From assembly GCF_000012345.1 (NCBI RefSeq), contig NC_007205.1, positions 690,001 through 722,000 on the forward strand: a stretch of DNA of 32,000 nucleotides. The letters run 5' to 3'. The notes beneath the pieces are model-generated. The model was not told the origin of the DNA, searched no databases, and saw only the letters and a program-made list of their open reading frames with translations. This stretch comes from Candidatus Pelagibacter ubique HTCC1062 (lineage in GTDB: Bacteria; Pseudomonadota; Alphaproteobacteria; Pelagibacterales; Pelagibacteraceae). How positions within the stretch are numbered: the stretch's first letter is position 1; each line of letters opens with the position of its first letter. The position numbers and the translations under genes were made by a program. This document shows positions 9,939 through 18,581 of the stretch, piece by piece.

Positions 9939-11396
9939 ATGACTATTCAAATTAATTACAAAAAAATAAGTTCAAAAAAAGACTTAGCCAACCTTGTCTT
10001 ATTTGTTGATGAAAAATTCAATATTAACAATTTAAAAAAATATCTATCAAATTTAGAATTTTCTTACATATCTGATTTATTAAAAAATAGTGATTTGAAA
10101 AAAGATTTACTTTCTTTTGAAGTTAATTCAAAAAAGACAGTATTTTTAGTATCCATTAAGAAAGATATAAAAATATCAGATATAGAAAATTTAGGAGCTA
10201 AATTTCATAGTTATATTAATAATGATAAGAAAAAAGAATACTTTGTAAATTCAGATACGATTAATAATAAAATTAAAAATTTTGTTGGTTACTTTCTGCA
10301 TGGACTCAAATTAAAATCATATGAATTTAATATTTATAAATCTAAAAAAAACAAAGAAACTGTTCTCATAAATGTTATAGGAAACAAAAATAAAATATCT
10401 ATTCAAGATCATTTAAGATTTAAAGCTCTAGAAGAAGGAAGTTTTTTTGCAAGAGACCTTGTGTCTGAACCAGGTAATGTTTTACACCCTGATGAATATG
10501 CAAAAAGAATAAATACACTTAAAAAATTTGGATTGAAAATAAATATCTATGATGAAAAAAAATTAAAAAAACTTGGAATGAATGCGTTACTTGGTGTAGG
10601 GCAAGGTAGTATTAGAGGATCATATCTTGTAACAATGGAATGGAATGGAGCAAAAAATAATTCTAATCCTTTAGCTTTTGTTGGAAAAGGTGTTTGTTTT
10701 GACACTGGAGGTTACTCTTTAAAACCAGCAAAGTTCATGGAAGACATGACTTATGATATGGCAGGCTCAGCTACTGTGGTGGGTTTAATGAAAAATTTAG
10801 CAATAAGAAAAGCAAAAATAAATGCTGTTGGTGTTGTAGGGCTTGTTGAGAACATGGTTAGTGGAAACGCACAAAGACCTGGAGACATTGTAAAATCTTA
10901 TAGTGGTAAAACAATAGAGGTATTAAATACAGATGCTGAAGGTAGATTAGTTTTGGCTGATGCTTTAACTTTTACTGAGAAAAAATTTAAACCTAAGTTT
11001 ATGGTTGATCTAGCAACTTTAACAGGTGCTATTATAGTTTCATTAGGCTCTGAATATGCAGGTCTATTTTCAAATGATGATAAATTGTCAAAACAATTAT
11101 TAGAAGCGGGTGATAAAGTTGAAGAAAAATTATGGAGAATGCCATTGCATAAAAACTTTGACAAACTTATAGACTCAAAAAATGCAGATATGCAAAATAT
11201 AAATTATGTAGGTGGCGCAGGATCCACAACTGCAGCACAATTTTTACAAAGATTTATTTTAAATAAAACACCTTGGGCACATTTAGATATAGCTGGTATG
11301 GCATTTTCAAAATATGGTGGTGCTTTAAATTCAGGTGGTGCAACTAGCTATGGAGTAAGATTATTAAACCAACTAATAGAGGATAATTATGAGTAA
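9939..11396 (+). CDS. pepA: Leucyl aminopeptidase (M17)
   Basis: It has the M17 metal and active-site motifs VGKGVCFDTGGYSLK and NTDAEGRLVLADAL. The ATG at 9939 (MTIQINYKK) is preferred over the GTG at 9924 used in the ORF track. Confidence 0.9.
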   Translation: MTIQINYKKISSKKDLANLVLFVDEKFNINNLKKYLSNLEFSYISDLLKNSDLKKDLLSFEVNSKKTVFLVSIKKDIKISDIENLGAKFHSYINNDKKKEYFVNSDTINNKIKNFVGYFLHGLKLKSYEFNIYKSKKNKETVLINVIGNKNKISIQDHLRFKALEEGSFFARDLVSEPGNVLHPDEYAKRINTLKKFGLKINIYDEKKLKKLGMNALLGVGQGSIRGSYLVTMEWNGAKNNSNPLAFVGKGVCFDTGGYSLKPAKFMEDMTYDMAGSATVVGLMKNLAIRKAKINAVGVVGLVENMVSGNAQRPGDIVKSYSGKTIEVLNTDAEGRLVLADALTFTEKKFKPKFMVDLATLTGAIIVSLGSEYAGLFSNDDKLSKQLLEAGDKVEEKLWRMPLHKNFDKLIDSKNADMQNINYVGGAGSTTAAQFLQRFILNKTPWAHLDIAGMAFSKYGGALNSGGATSYGVRLLNQLIEDNYE

Positions 11397-11799
11397 TATA
11401 GAACAAACACTATCAATCATTAAACCTGATGCTGTTGAAAGAAATTTAGATAATGAAATCAAAGAAATGTTTACGGATAAAGGTTTTAAAATTATTAAAG
11501 ATAAAAAAATTCAGATAACAAAAGCAGAAGCAGAACAATTTTATAAAGTTCATGAAACTAAACCTTTTTATAATGATTTATGTGCTTATTTGTCTTCAGG
11601 CCCAATTGTCGTGATGATACTTGAAAAAGAAAATGCAGTTTTAGGAAACAGAGAATTGATGGGTGCAACTAAACCAGAAGATGCTGCAGAAGGAACTATA
11701 AGAAAAAAATATGGAATTTCTATTGATAAAAACTCTGTACATGGTTCTGATAGTGTTGAAAATGCTAAAATTGAAATTAATTTTTTCTTTAAAGATTAA
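11389..11799 (+). CDS. ndk: Nucleoside diphosphate kinase
   Basis: It contains TLSIIKPDAV and NSVHGSDS (catalytic His) and is 136 aa long. It overlaps pepA by 8 nt. Confidence 0.95.
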   Translation: MSNIEQTLSIIKPDAVERNLDNEIKEMFTDKGFKIIKDKKIQITKAEAEQFYKVHETKPFYNDLCAYLSSGPIVVMILEKENAVLGNRELMGATKPEDAAEGTIRKKYGISIDKNSVHGSDSVENAKIEINFFFKD

Positions 11800-12374
11800 T
11801 TAAATAATTTTTTTATAGCCGCTGGATAGAGCTTGTGCTCTTGTTTTAGAACTTTTTTAGCTAAAGAAATAGAAGTATCTTTTTTTGAAATTTTAACTTT
11901 CTTTTGCAGAATTATTTTTCCTGAATCAAGTTTCGCTGTTACAAAATGAACAGTACAACCAGCTACCTTATCTTTATTTTGTATTGCTTTAAAATGAGTA
12001 TCAAGCCCCTTATACTTTGGCAGTAAAGAAGGATGTATATTAACTATTTTTCCACTAAATTTTTTAATAAAACTTTTAGATAAAATCTTCATAAAGCCTG
12101 CAAGGCAAATAAACTTTATATTTTCTTTTTTTAATAAATTTAATATTTTTGTTTCAGCTATTTTATAGTTTTTAAAGCTTGATACATATTTTTTAATATT
12201 AAATTGATTTGAAAATTTTAAACCTTTGGCTTTTGAAGTATTTGAAACAATTAAATCTATAGATATAGGTGAATTTTTTATTTTAGAAAATTTTATTAAA
12301 TTTTTTAAATTACTTCCAGTTCCAGATATAAATACTGCTGTTTTAATCTTTTTAGGACCAGTCAATTTTACCAT
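11796..12374 (-). CDS. purN: Phosphoribosylglycinamide formyltransferase
   Basis: It contains FISGTGSNL, NIHPSLLPKYKG and a GCTVH segment. It lies downstream of purM and overlaps it. Confidence 0.9.
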   Translation of the reverse strand: MVKLTGPKKIKTAVFISGTGSNLKNLIKFSKIKNSPISIDLIVSNTSKAKGLKFSNQFNIKKYVSSFKNYKIAETKILNLLKKENIKFICLAGFMKILSKSFIKKFSGKIVNIHPSLLPKYKGLDTHFKAIQNKDKVAGCTVHFVTAKLDSGKIILQKKVKISKKDTSISLAKKVLKQEHKLYPAAIKKLFN

Positions 12375-13380
12375 GAAGTTTTACTTTATATTTTCCTGCA
12401 GTTATTTTTCCAATAACATAGGGTTTAAATTCCTTTGTAAAAAATTTAGTAATTTTATTTAAGTTTTTAGGATTAACTATTAAACAAAAACCAACTCCAC
12501 AGTTGAATGTTTTTAACATTTCCTCATCATCAATGTTATTTTGCTTCAACCATTTAAAAATTTTTTTAGTTCTAACTTTATTTAAATCTATATCAGCGAC
12601 TAATTTATCTGGAATAACTCTCTTAATATTATCTGCTAGGCCACCTCCAGTAATGTTTGCACATCCATTTAAAAGATTGTTATCAATTAAATTTAGAACT
12701 TCTTTGACATAAATTTTTGTAGGTCTTAGTAATTCTTTTTTTAAAAATGAATTATTTTTTAAATTAATCTTTTTTTTATTAAGCACATGTCTAACTAAAG
12801 AATAACCATTTGAGTGAACACCACTAGATGGTATAGCCAGCACTAAGTCATTTTTTTTTATATTCTTCTTTGATAGTATTTTCTTTTCATCAACCAAACC
12901 TACCGCAAAACCTGCTATATCGAATTTACCTTTTTCATAGGTACCTGGCATTTCTGCTGTTTCGCCACCAACCAATTCACAGTTTGAAATTTTACAGCCT
13001 CTTACTATTCCTTTGAGGATCAATTTTAATTTATTTAAATCAATTTTATTAATAGAAATATAATCTAAAAATAAAAGTGGTCTTGCTCCTTGAACAATTA
13101 GGTCGTTTACACTCATAGCAACTAAATCAATGCCAATTGTGTCATATTTATTGAGTAAATTGGCAATCTCTACTTTTGTACCAACACCATCAGTGCAAGC
13201 TACAATTTTAGGATTTTTAAGATTTTTTGGAATATTAGTTATAGAGCCGAAGCCACCAATATTATTAAACTTTTTTTGGCCTTTTTTGTTTGATGATATT
13301 GACGATATAAATTTAACAAAATTATCAGCAGCATTTATGTTTACACCACTTTTTTCATAGGTAAATTTTTCTTTTTTCAT
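12352..13380 (-). CDS. purM: Phosphoribosylformylglycinamidine cyclo-ligase (AIR synthetase)
   Basis: It contains YEKSGVNI, CTDGVGTKVEIA, DYISINK and GGETAEMPG. Confidence 0.93.
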   Translation of the reverse strand: MKKEKFTYEKSGVNINAADNFVKFISSISSNKKGQKKFNNIGGFGSITNIPKNLKNPKIVACTDGVGTKVEIANLLNKYDTIGIDLVAMSVNDLIVQGARPLLFLDYISINKIDLNKLKLILKGIVRGCKISNCELVGGETAEMPGTYEKGKFDIAGFAVGLVDEKKILSKKNIKKNDLVLAIPSSGVHSNGYSLVRHVLNKKKINLKNNSFLKKELLRPTKIYVKEVLNLIDNNLLNGCANITGGGLADNIKRVIPDKLVADIDLNKVRTKKIFKWLKQNNIDDEEMLKTFNCGVGFCLIVNPKNLNKITKFFTKEFKPYVIGKITAGKYKVKLHGKIDWS

Positions 13381-13391
13381 TAGTATAGTAT

Positions 13392-14471
13392 ATGCAAATA
13401 ATTAATAAATTTTATAAATTACTGAATGTATATATTTATTTTATTTCATTCTCTCTATTAATAGTATTTTTTTCCACAACTTATTCAAATGCAAATGCAT
13501 TTAGGGTATCTAAAATTGAAATATCCTCTCCATTTGAATTAAATTTTGAAAAAAATAACGTTATTGACAAAGGATTTCATACTTCCTTTTCTGATTTGAT
13601 TTCAATGATTGCAACCTCTGGTGATAGAAAAAAGATTAAAAATGTTTCTATAAAAGAAATTAAGGGCATGATTGATTCTTTCACCATTAGTGATGAAAAA
13701 TTTATAAATAATGAGTATTTTGCAAATTTAGAAACAACATTTAATAAAAAAAAAATTCTTAAATTTTTAGAAAATAAAAATATTTTTCCATCAATACCCC
13801 AAAGAAATAAGGTCCTATTATTTCCTATCCTTATAGAAACAAAAAATAACAATATATATCTTTTTAATAACAATATTTTTTACGATAAATGGAATGAACA
13901 AAAAAACTCTTATGATTTGTTAGATTATTTATTACCAAGTGAAGATATTGAAGATTTGATAGAGTTACAAAAAATCTCAAAAGATATTGAAACTTATGAT
14001 TTTTCAAATCTAATTAATAAATATGATATTAAAGATAATATAATTTTGATAATATATAAAGAAAGCAACAGAATAAGAACACTTTCAAAAATTAATTTAA
14101 ATAACAGCTTGAAAATTCAAAATAAGAACTATCCCAAATTAGATGTTTTGAATAATAATGACTTTTCTAATATTGTTGAAAATTTAAAACAGCTTTATGA
14201 AGATCAATGGAAAAAAAATAATGAAATTAATACTTCCATAAAACTTCCTTTAACAATATCTATTAATTCCAAAAAAACTAAAAAAATTATAGAGTTGGAA
14301 CAGGTGCTTTATAGTTTAGATTTAGTTTCTGACTTTAGTATTTTGAATTTTAATAGTGAGATTATTCAATATAAAATTACTTATAATGGCACACCTAATA
14401 TATTTTTAAATGACATGAAAGAAAAGAACCTTGAATTAGAAATTAAGAATAATATGTGGATATTAAAATGA
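13392..14471 (+). CDS. Hypothetical exported or membrane-anchored protein, possibly DUF2066-like
   Basis: It is a 359-aa ORF with a hydrophobic N-terminal segment followed by an ANA-type cleavage context (YIYFISFSLLIVFFSTTYSNANA). I recognise no catalytic motif. It occupies the slot between purM and hda, where some gammaproteobacteria carry a DUF2066 gene. That family assignment rests on position only. Confidence 0.55.
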   Translation: MQIINKFYKLLNVYIYFISFSLLIVFFSTTYSNANAFRVSKIEISSPFELNFEKNNVIDKGFHTSFSDLISMIATSGDRKKIKNVSIKEIKGMIDSFTISDEKFINNEYFANLETTFNKKKILKFLENKNIFPSIPQRNKVLLFPILIETKNNNIYLFNNNIFYDKWNEQKNSYDLLDYLLPSEDIEDLIELQKISKDIETYDFSNLINKYDIKDNIILIIYKESNRIRTLSKINLNNSLKIQNKNYPKLDVLNNNDFSNIVENLKQLYEDQWKKNNEINTSIKLPLTISINSKKTKKIIELEQVLYSLDLVSDFSILNFNSEIIQYKITYNGTPNIFLNDMKEKNLELEIKNNMWILK

Positions 14472-15130
14472 AAAATTTAAATCAATTATTATTAGATTTT
14501 AATTATGAACAAAACTTTAAAGATGATGATTTTTATGTTGGAAAGAGTAATTTTTATGCTTTTGAAATGATTAACAAATGGCCAAAGTGGGAAAAAAATT
14601 TTTTAAACATTAATGGTGAAAAATTCTCTGGAAAAAGTCACCTGGTTAATATTTTTTTGAAAAAATTTAATGGCATTAGGATTGATGTTAATTCATTAAA
14701 TGATGAAAATATTAAATCCATTAAACCTTACCAAAATATTGTTTTAGAGGATTTAAATTTAAATATAAATGAGAAGCTGATTTATTCACTTTTTAATATA
14801 ATAGATCAAGATAATAAGTTTTTGATAGTCACATCAATGAAACCAATATCTGAGATCAATTTTAAACTTGAAGATCTTCGATCTAGAACAAAGAACTGTC
14901 TTTTTGCAAATATTCAAAACCCTGATGATGAGCTAATGTTTGCATTAATATTAAAAAATTTATCAGACAGACAAATTACTTTAGATAAAAAGCTGATTAA
15001 CTTTATTATTAAAAGAATTGAGAGATCGTATGGCAAAATATTTGAATTCATATATAAAATTGACAAGATTAGTTTAAAAAAAAAGAAATCTATCGATTTT
15101 AAAATTATTAATGAAGCTCTTGAGGAATAA
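14468..15130 (+). CDS. hda: DnaA regulatory inactivator Hda/HdaA (DnaA-related AAA+ protein)
   Basis: It has an N-terminal clamp-binding-like motif (NQLLLDF), a degenerate Walker A (GEKFSGKSHL), LEDL (Walker B-like) and DLRSR (sensor/Arg finger region). The ATG at 14468 gives an ATGA overlap with the upstream stop; the ORF-track GTG at 14456 is also possible. Confidence 0.7.
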   Translation: MKNLNQLLLDFNYEQNFKDDDFYVGKSNFYAFEMINKWPKWEKNFLNINGEKFSGKSHLVNIFLKKFNGIRIDVNSLNDENIKSIKPYQNIVLEDLNLNINEKLIYSLFNIIDQDNKFLIVTSMKPISEINFKLEDLRSRTKNCLFANIQNPDDELMFALILKNLSDRQITLDKKLINFIIKRIERSYGKIFEFIYKIDKISLKKKKSIDFKIINEALEE

Positions 15131-16915
15131 GTGAATAAATATAGAACACATACATGTAGTGAGTTAACAATAGATAGTAGGGGTAAAGATGTTGTTTTAT
15201 CAGGCTGGATAAACAAAAAACGAGATCATGGAAATTTACTGTTCATAGATTTAAGAGACAATTATGGAATGACTCAATGCATCATAGATAAAAGTAACCA
15301 AAATTTTAATTCATTAGAAAAAATTCAATTAGAAAGCGTAATCAAGATAAATGGTAAGGTTGTAGAGAGAACAAAAGAAACTATTAACACCGATCTTCAA
15401 ACTGGAGAGATTGAAGTTAATATAAATTCATTTGAAGTACTGGGTACTTGCAAAGAGTTACCAATGCCAGTTTTTAGTGATCAAGAGTATGCTGAAGAAA
15501 TTAGACTCAAGTATAGATTCTTAGATCTAAGAAGAAAAAAAATTCATGACAATATTATTTTAAGGTCAAAAGTTATCTCTTTTATTAGAAGCGAGATGTC
15601 TAAACTTGGGTTTTTGGAATTCCAAACACCAATATTAACATCCTCTAGCCCTGAAGGTGCAAGAGATTTTTTAGTACCAAGTAGACTAAATCCTGGAAAA
15701 TTTTATGCACTGCCACAAGCGCCACAACAATTTAAGCAACTTATAATGGTTTCTGGTTTTGATAAATATTTTCAAATAGCTCCATGCTTTAGAGATGAAG
15801 ATGCAAGGGCAGATAGAAGTCCAGGTGAATTTTATCAGCTTGATTTAGAAATGTCTTTTGTTGAACAAGAAGATGTCTTTCAAGTTGTTGAAAAACTAAT
15901 AGTCAATGTTTTTAAAAAATTTTCTGAAAAAAAATTGATGTATGAAAAATTTCCAAGAATACCTTATGAGGAATCTATGCTTAAGTATGGATCAGATAAG
16001 CCAGATTTAAGAAACCCATTAATAATTTCAGATTTATCAAACATTTTTATACGTGATGATGTTACGTTTGAGATATTTAAAAAGCTTGTAAAATCTGGTT
16101 CTAAAGTGAGATGTATAGTAACAAAAAATACAAAAGATAAACCTAGGAGTTTTTTTGATAATATTGATAAGTGGGCAAAAGAACAAGGGGCGTCTGGTCT
16201 TGCTTATTTTACAATTGAAAAAGAAGAAAATATTTCAGCAAGAGGACCGGTGGGAAAATTTTTTTCTAAAGAAGCACTAGAGGAAATTATGAAAATCACT
16301 GGAGCTGAAATAGGGGATAGTATATTTTTTGCTTGTGGAAAAATAAATGATGTTGAAAAAATAACCTCTTTAGCTAGAGATAAAATTGCTAAAGATTTAA
16401 AATTAATTGATGAAAATACTTTCGCATTTTGTTGGGTTGTTGATTATCCAATGTTTGAAAAAAATGAAGTAACTAATAAAATTGAATTTAGTCACAATCC
16501 ATTTTCAATGCCTCAAGGAGACTTAAAAGATATTGATTTTGATAATCCTCTTAATATTAAAGCCTACCAGTACGATATTGTTTGCAATGGGATAGAGCTA
16601 TCTTCAGGTGCAATTAGAAATCACGTGCCAGAATTAATGTATAAGCTTTTCTCGATTGCTGGATATCAAAAAGAACAAGTTGATGAAAAATTTAGTGGAA
16701 TGATCAATGCTTTAAGTTATGGAGCCCCACCTCATGGTGGTATAGCACCTGGTATCGATAGAATTGTAATGCTATTAGCAAATGAAAAGAATATTAGAGA
16801 AGTTACAATGTTCCCAATGAATCAAAATGCTCAAGACTTAATGATGAACGCTCCATCAAACGTTAACGAAGAGCAACTTAAAGAGCTTGGTTTAGCTTTA
16901 AAACTGAAAAAATAA
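15131..16915 (+). CDS. aspS: Aspartyl-tRNA synthetase (bacterial type)
   Basis: It starts at a GTG directly after the hda stop. The N-terminus NKYRTHTCSEL, the class II motifs FRDEDARADRSPEFYQLDLE and GGIAPGIDR, and the 594-aa length all fit the bacterial type. Confidence 0.95.
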   Translation: MNKYRTHTCSELTIDSRGKDVVLSGWINKKRDHGNLLFIDLRDNYGMTQCIIDKSNQNFNSLEKIQLESVIKINGKVVERTKETINTDLQTGEIEVNINSFEVLGTCKELPMPVFSDQEYAEEIRLKYRFLDLRRKKIHDNIILRSKVISFIRSEMSKLGFLEFQTPILTSSSPEGARDFLVPSRLNPGKFYALPQAPQQFKQLIMVSGFDKYFQIAPCFRDEDARADRSPGEFYQLDLEMSFVEQEDVFQVVEKLIVNVFKKFSEKKLMYEKFPRIPYEESMLKYGSDKPDLRNPLIISDLSNIFIRDDVTFEIFKKLVKSGSKVRCIVTKNTKDKPRSFFDNIDKWAKEQGASGLAYFTIEKEENISARGPVGKFFSKEALEEIMKITGAEIGDSIFFACGKINDVEKITSLARDKIAKDLKLIDENTFAFCWVVDYPMFEKNEVTNKIEFSHNPFSMPQGDLKDIDFDNPLNIKAYQYDIVCNGIELSSGAIRNHVPELMYKLFSIAGYQKEQVDEKFSGMINALSYGAPPHGGIAPGIDRIVMLLANEKNIREVTMFPMNQNAQDLMMNAPSNVNEEQLKELGLALKLKK

Positions 16916-16917
16916 TA

Positions 16918-17739
16918 TTACTTTTTACCTTTTAAGCTTATCTTAACGTCAGATAAATCAACAAGATTTTTTTTGTAGTTATTTCTAACAAAACCTTTGC
17001 TAGTAACATCTTTTATAATTTTAAGTAATTGATTTTGATCCTCAGTATTTTCTTCCTCAGGTAAAGATCTATCTGATCCACCAATTGATGGAGTGTGAGC
17101 AAGATCTTCTCTATTTTGATATGAAATTGCTAATTCTCTAAAAATATAATCAAGTATTGAAGAAGCACTCATTATTCTGTCATTACCGTGTACTTTTCCA
17201 GATGGTTCAAATTTAGTATCAACATAAGCACTGATGAACTCATCTAAAGGAACGCCATATTGAAGTCCAAGTGAAATTGCTATTGCAAAATTGTTCATCA
17301 AAGCTTTTACCAGTTCACCCTCTTTACTTGTGTCTATGAAAATTTCTCCAATTTTACCATCTTCATATTCACCAGTATGGAGATAAACTTTATGGTCACC
17401 AATTGTCGCTTTTTGGATGTAACCTTTTCTTCTATCAGGCATACTAAATCTTTTACTGACACCCTCGTTAATTTTTTTAACAAAATTAGTATTATTTTCT
17501 TTTGAAATGACCTTAGGTTTGCTTTGCTCAGTAATAATATCTATTTTTTTAGTTTCGGTTACTTTATTATTTGCATCTAAACTTTTTGTTTTTCTTGTAT
17601 CAAGTTTAACGTCTAAAACTTCAAATTTTCCATCGTCCCGTTTTTCAAGATTTGCTAACTCTGCTTCATTAATATCATCCAGATAATGATTAACTTTAAA
17701 GCTACAAGTATAATAAGTTTCTACTAAATATTTTGCCAT
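16918..17739 (-). CDS. Stand-alone protein resembling the C-terminal region of class II (adenosylcobalamin-dependent) ribonucleotide reductase
   Basis: Residues about 95-215 read [85 protein letters not shown]...[13 protein letters not shown]. From memory, this closely parallels the C-terminal segment of long alphaproteobacterial NrdJ. The roughly 95-aa N-terminal part and the acidic/basic tail are unrecognised. No RNR catalytic domain is adjacent. Confidence 0.6.
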   Translation of the reverse strand: MAKYLVETYYTCSFKVNHYLDDINEAELANLEKRDDGKFEVLDVKLDTRKTKSLDANNKVTETKKIDIITEQSKPKVISKENNTNFVKKINEGVSKRFSMPDRRKGYIQKATIGDHKVYLHTGEYEDGKIGEIFIDTSKEGELVKALMNNFAIAISLGLQYGVPLDEFISAYVDTKFEPSGKVHGNDRIMSASSILDYIFRELAISYQNREDLAHTPSIGGSDRSLPEEENTEDQNQLLKIIKDVTSKGFVRNNYKKNLVDLSDVKISLKGKK

Positions 17740-17854
17740 TTTTCCTTTAATTAATTTTTTATTTTGAATCGTAAGATAATTAATTTATATACAAATCCTT
17801 ACTTTAGTCTAATTTAAATAATACAATTTAGGATTGAAGAATTAATAAAATAAT

Positions 17855-18214
17855 ATGTTGACACTTTTAAAAAAAATTTTCATTTGGTGGAACCAAGAAA
17901 CACTAGGTACAAAATTAAAAACTATTTTTTACGGAAAACTTGCTGGAAAAGATTCTAGTGGCAACAAATATTACGAAAGTAAATCTGGAAAACGATGGGT
18001 GATTTACAATGATGAAATTGATGCATCGAAAATCCCTAATGAATGGTTCTCTTGGATGCATTTCACTAATAATAGAATTGAAAACAATCATGAATTGAAA
18101 AAATATGATTGGCAAAAACCGCATCAATCAAATCAAACGGGTACTGAGAATGCCTATCATCCTAATAAAAATAATGATCCTATTAAAAAAAAATATACAA
18201 TCTGGAAAAGTTAG
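17855..18214 (+). CDS. NDUFA12 (B17.2)-family NADH:ubiquinone oxidoreductase accessory subunit homologue
   Basis: It is a 119-aa protein containing WWNQETLGT...GKDSSGNKYYES...RWVIYN...IPNEWFSWMH, the pattern typical of alphaproteobacterial NDUFA12-like proteins. Confidence 0.8.
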   Translation: MLTLLKKIFIWWNQETLGTKLKTIFYGKLAGKDSSGNKYYESKSGKRWVIYNDEIDASKIPNEWFSWMHFTNNRIENNHELKKYDWQKPHQSNQTGTENAYHPNKNNDPIKKKYTIWKS

Positions 18215-18581
18215 TTTCTTATTTCTTTTAATTTATTTTTTTTTAACAAGCTTATCATCACCCCTAATAGCTAATGAAAATAACGAAGGAAAATTTGTTG
18301 AAATAAAAATTTTAGATAAAGTAAGTTCAAAGACCGATCTTTTAAAATTAAAGATAGGAGAGGAGCTAAGATTTAAAAGTTTGTTAATAAAAAGTCTCAA
18401 ATGCAAAAACTCTGAATTTGATGACAACCCAGAAATTACAGTTTATATTCAAGTTAAAGACACGATTAAAAATGATAACAACGAAGTGTTTATATTTAAT
18501 GGGTGGACTTTTTCATCTAGTCCTGCGGTAAATCCTTTTGATCACCCAGTGTATGATATTTGGTTAACAAGATGTTATTAG
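18174..18581 (+). CDS. Exported hypothetical protein, DUF2155-like
   Basis: It has a signal-like N-terminus (MILLKKNIQSGKVSFLFLLIYFFLTSLSSPLIA) and then a small beta-rich domain with two Cys. An NDUFA12-like gene followed by a DUF2155 gene is a common alphaproteobacterial pairing, recalled from memory. The start at 18174 overlaps the upstream gene by 41 nt; the ORF-track start at 18105 is unlikely. Confidence 0.55.
   Translation: MILLKKNIQSGKVSFLFLLIYFFLTSLSSPLIANENNEGKFVEIKILDKVSSKTDLLKLKIGEELRFKSLLIKSLKCKNSEFDDNPEITVYIQVKDTIKNDNNEVFIFNGWTFSSSPAVNPFDHPVYDIWLTRCY

Noticed and set aside
17764-17791. Sigma70-like hexamers TTGAAT, a 16-nt spacer, then TATATA upstream of the NDUFA12-like gene.
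   Set aside because: The position is plausible, but the surrounding gap is almost entirely A/T and such hexamer pairs arise by chance. I cannot support this as a feature without TSS data.
17795-17836. An inverted repeat AATCCT ... AGGATT that could form a hairpin in the 115-nt gap.
   Set aside because: The stem is only 6 bp with a loop of about 30 nt and no flanking U-tract. That is too weak to call a terminator, attenuator or sRNA.
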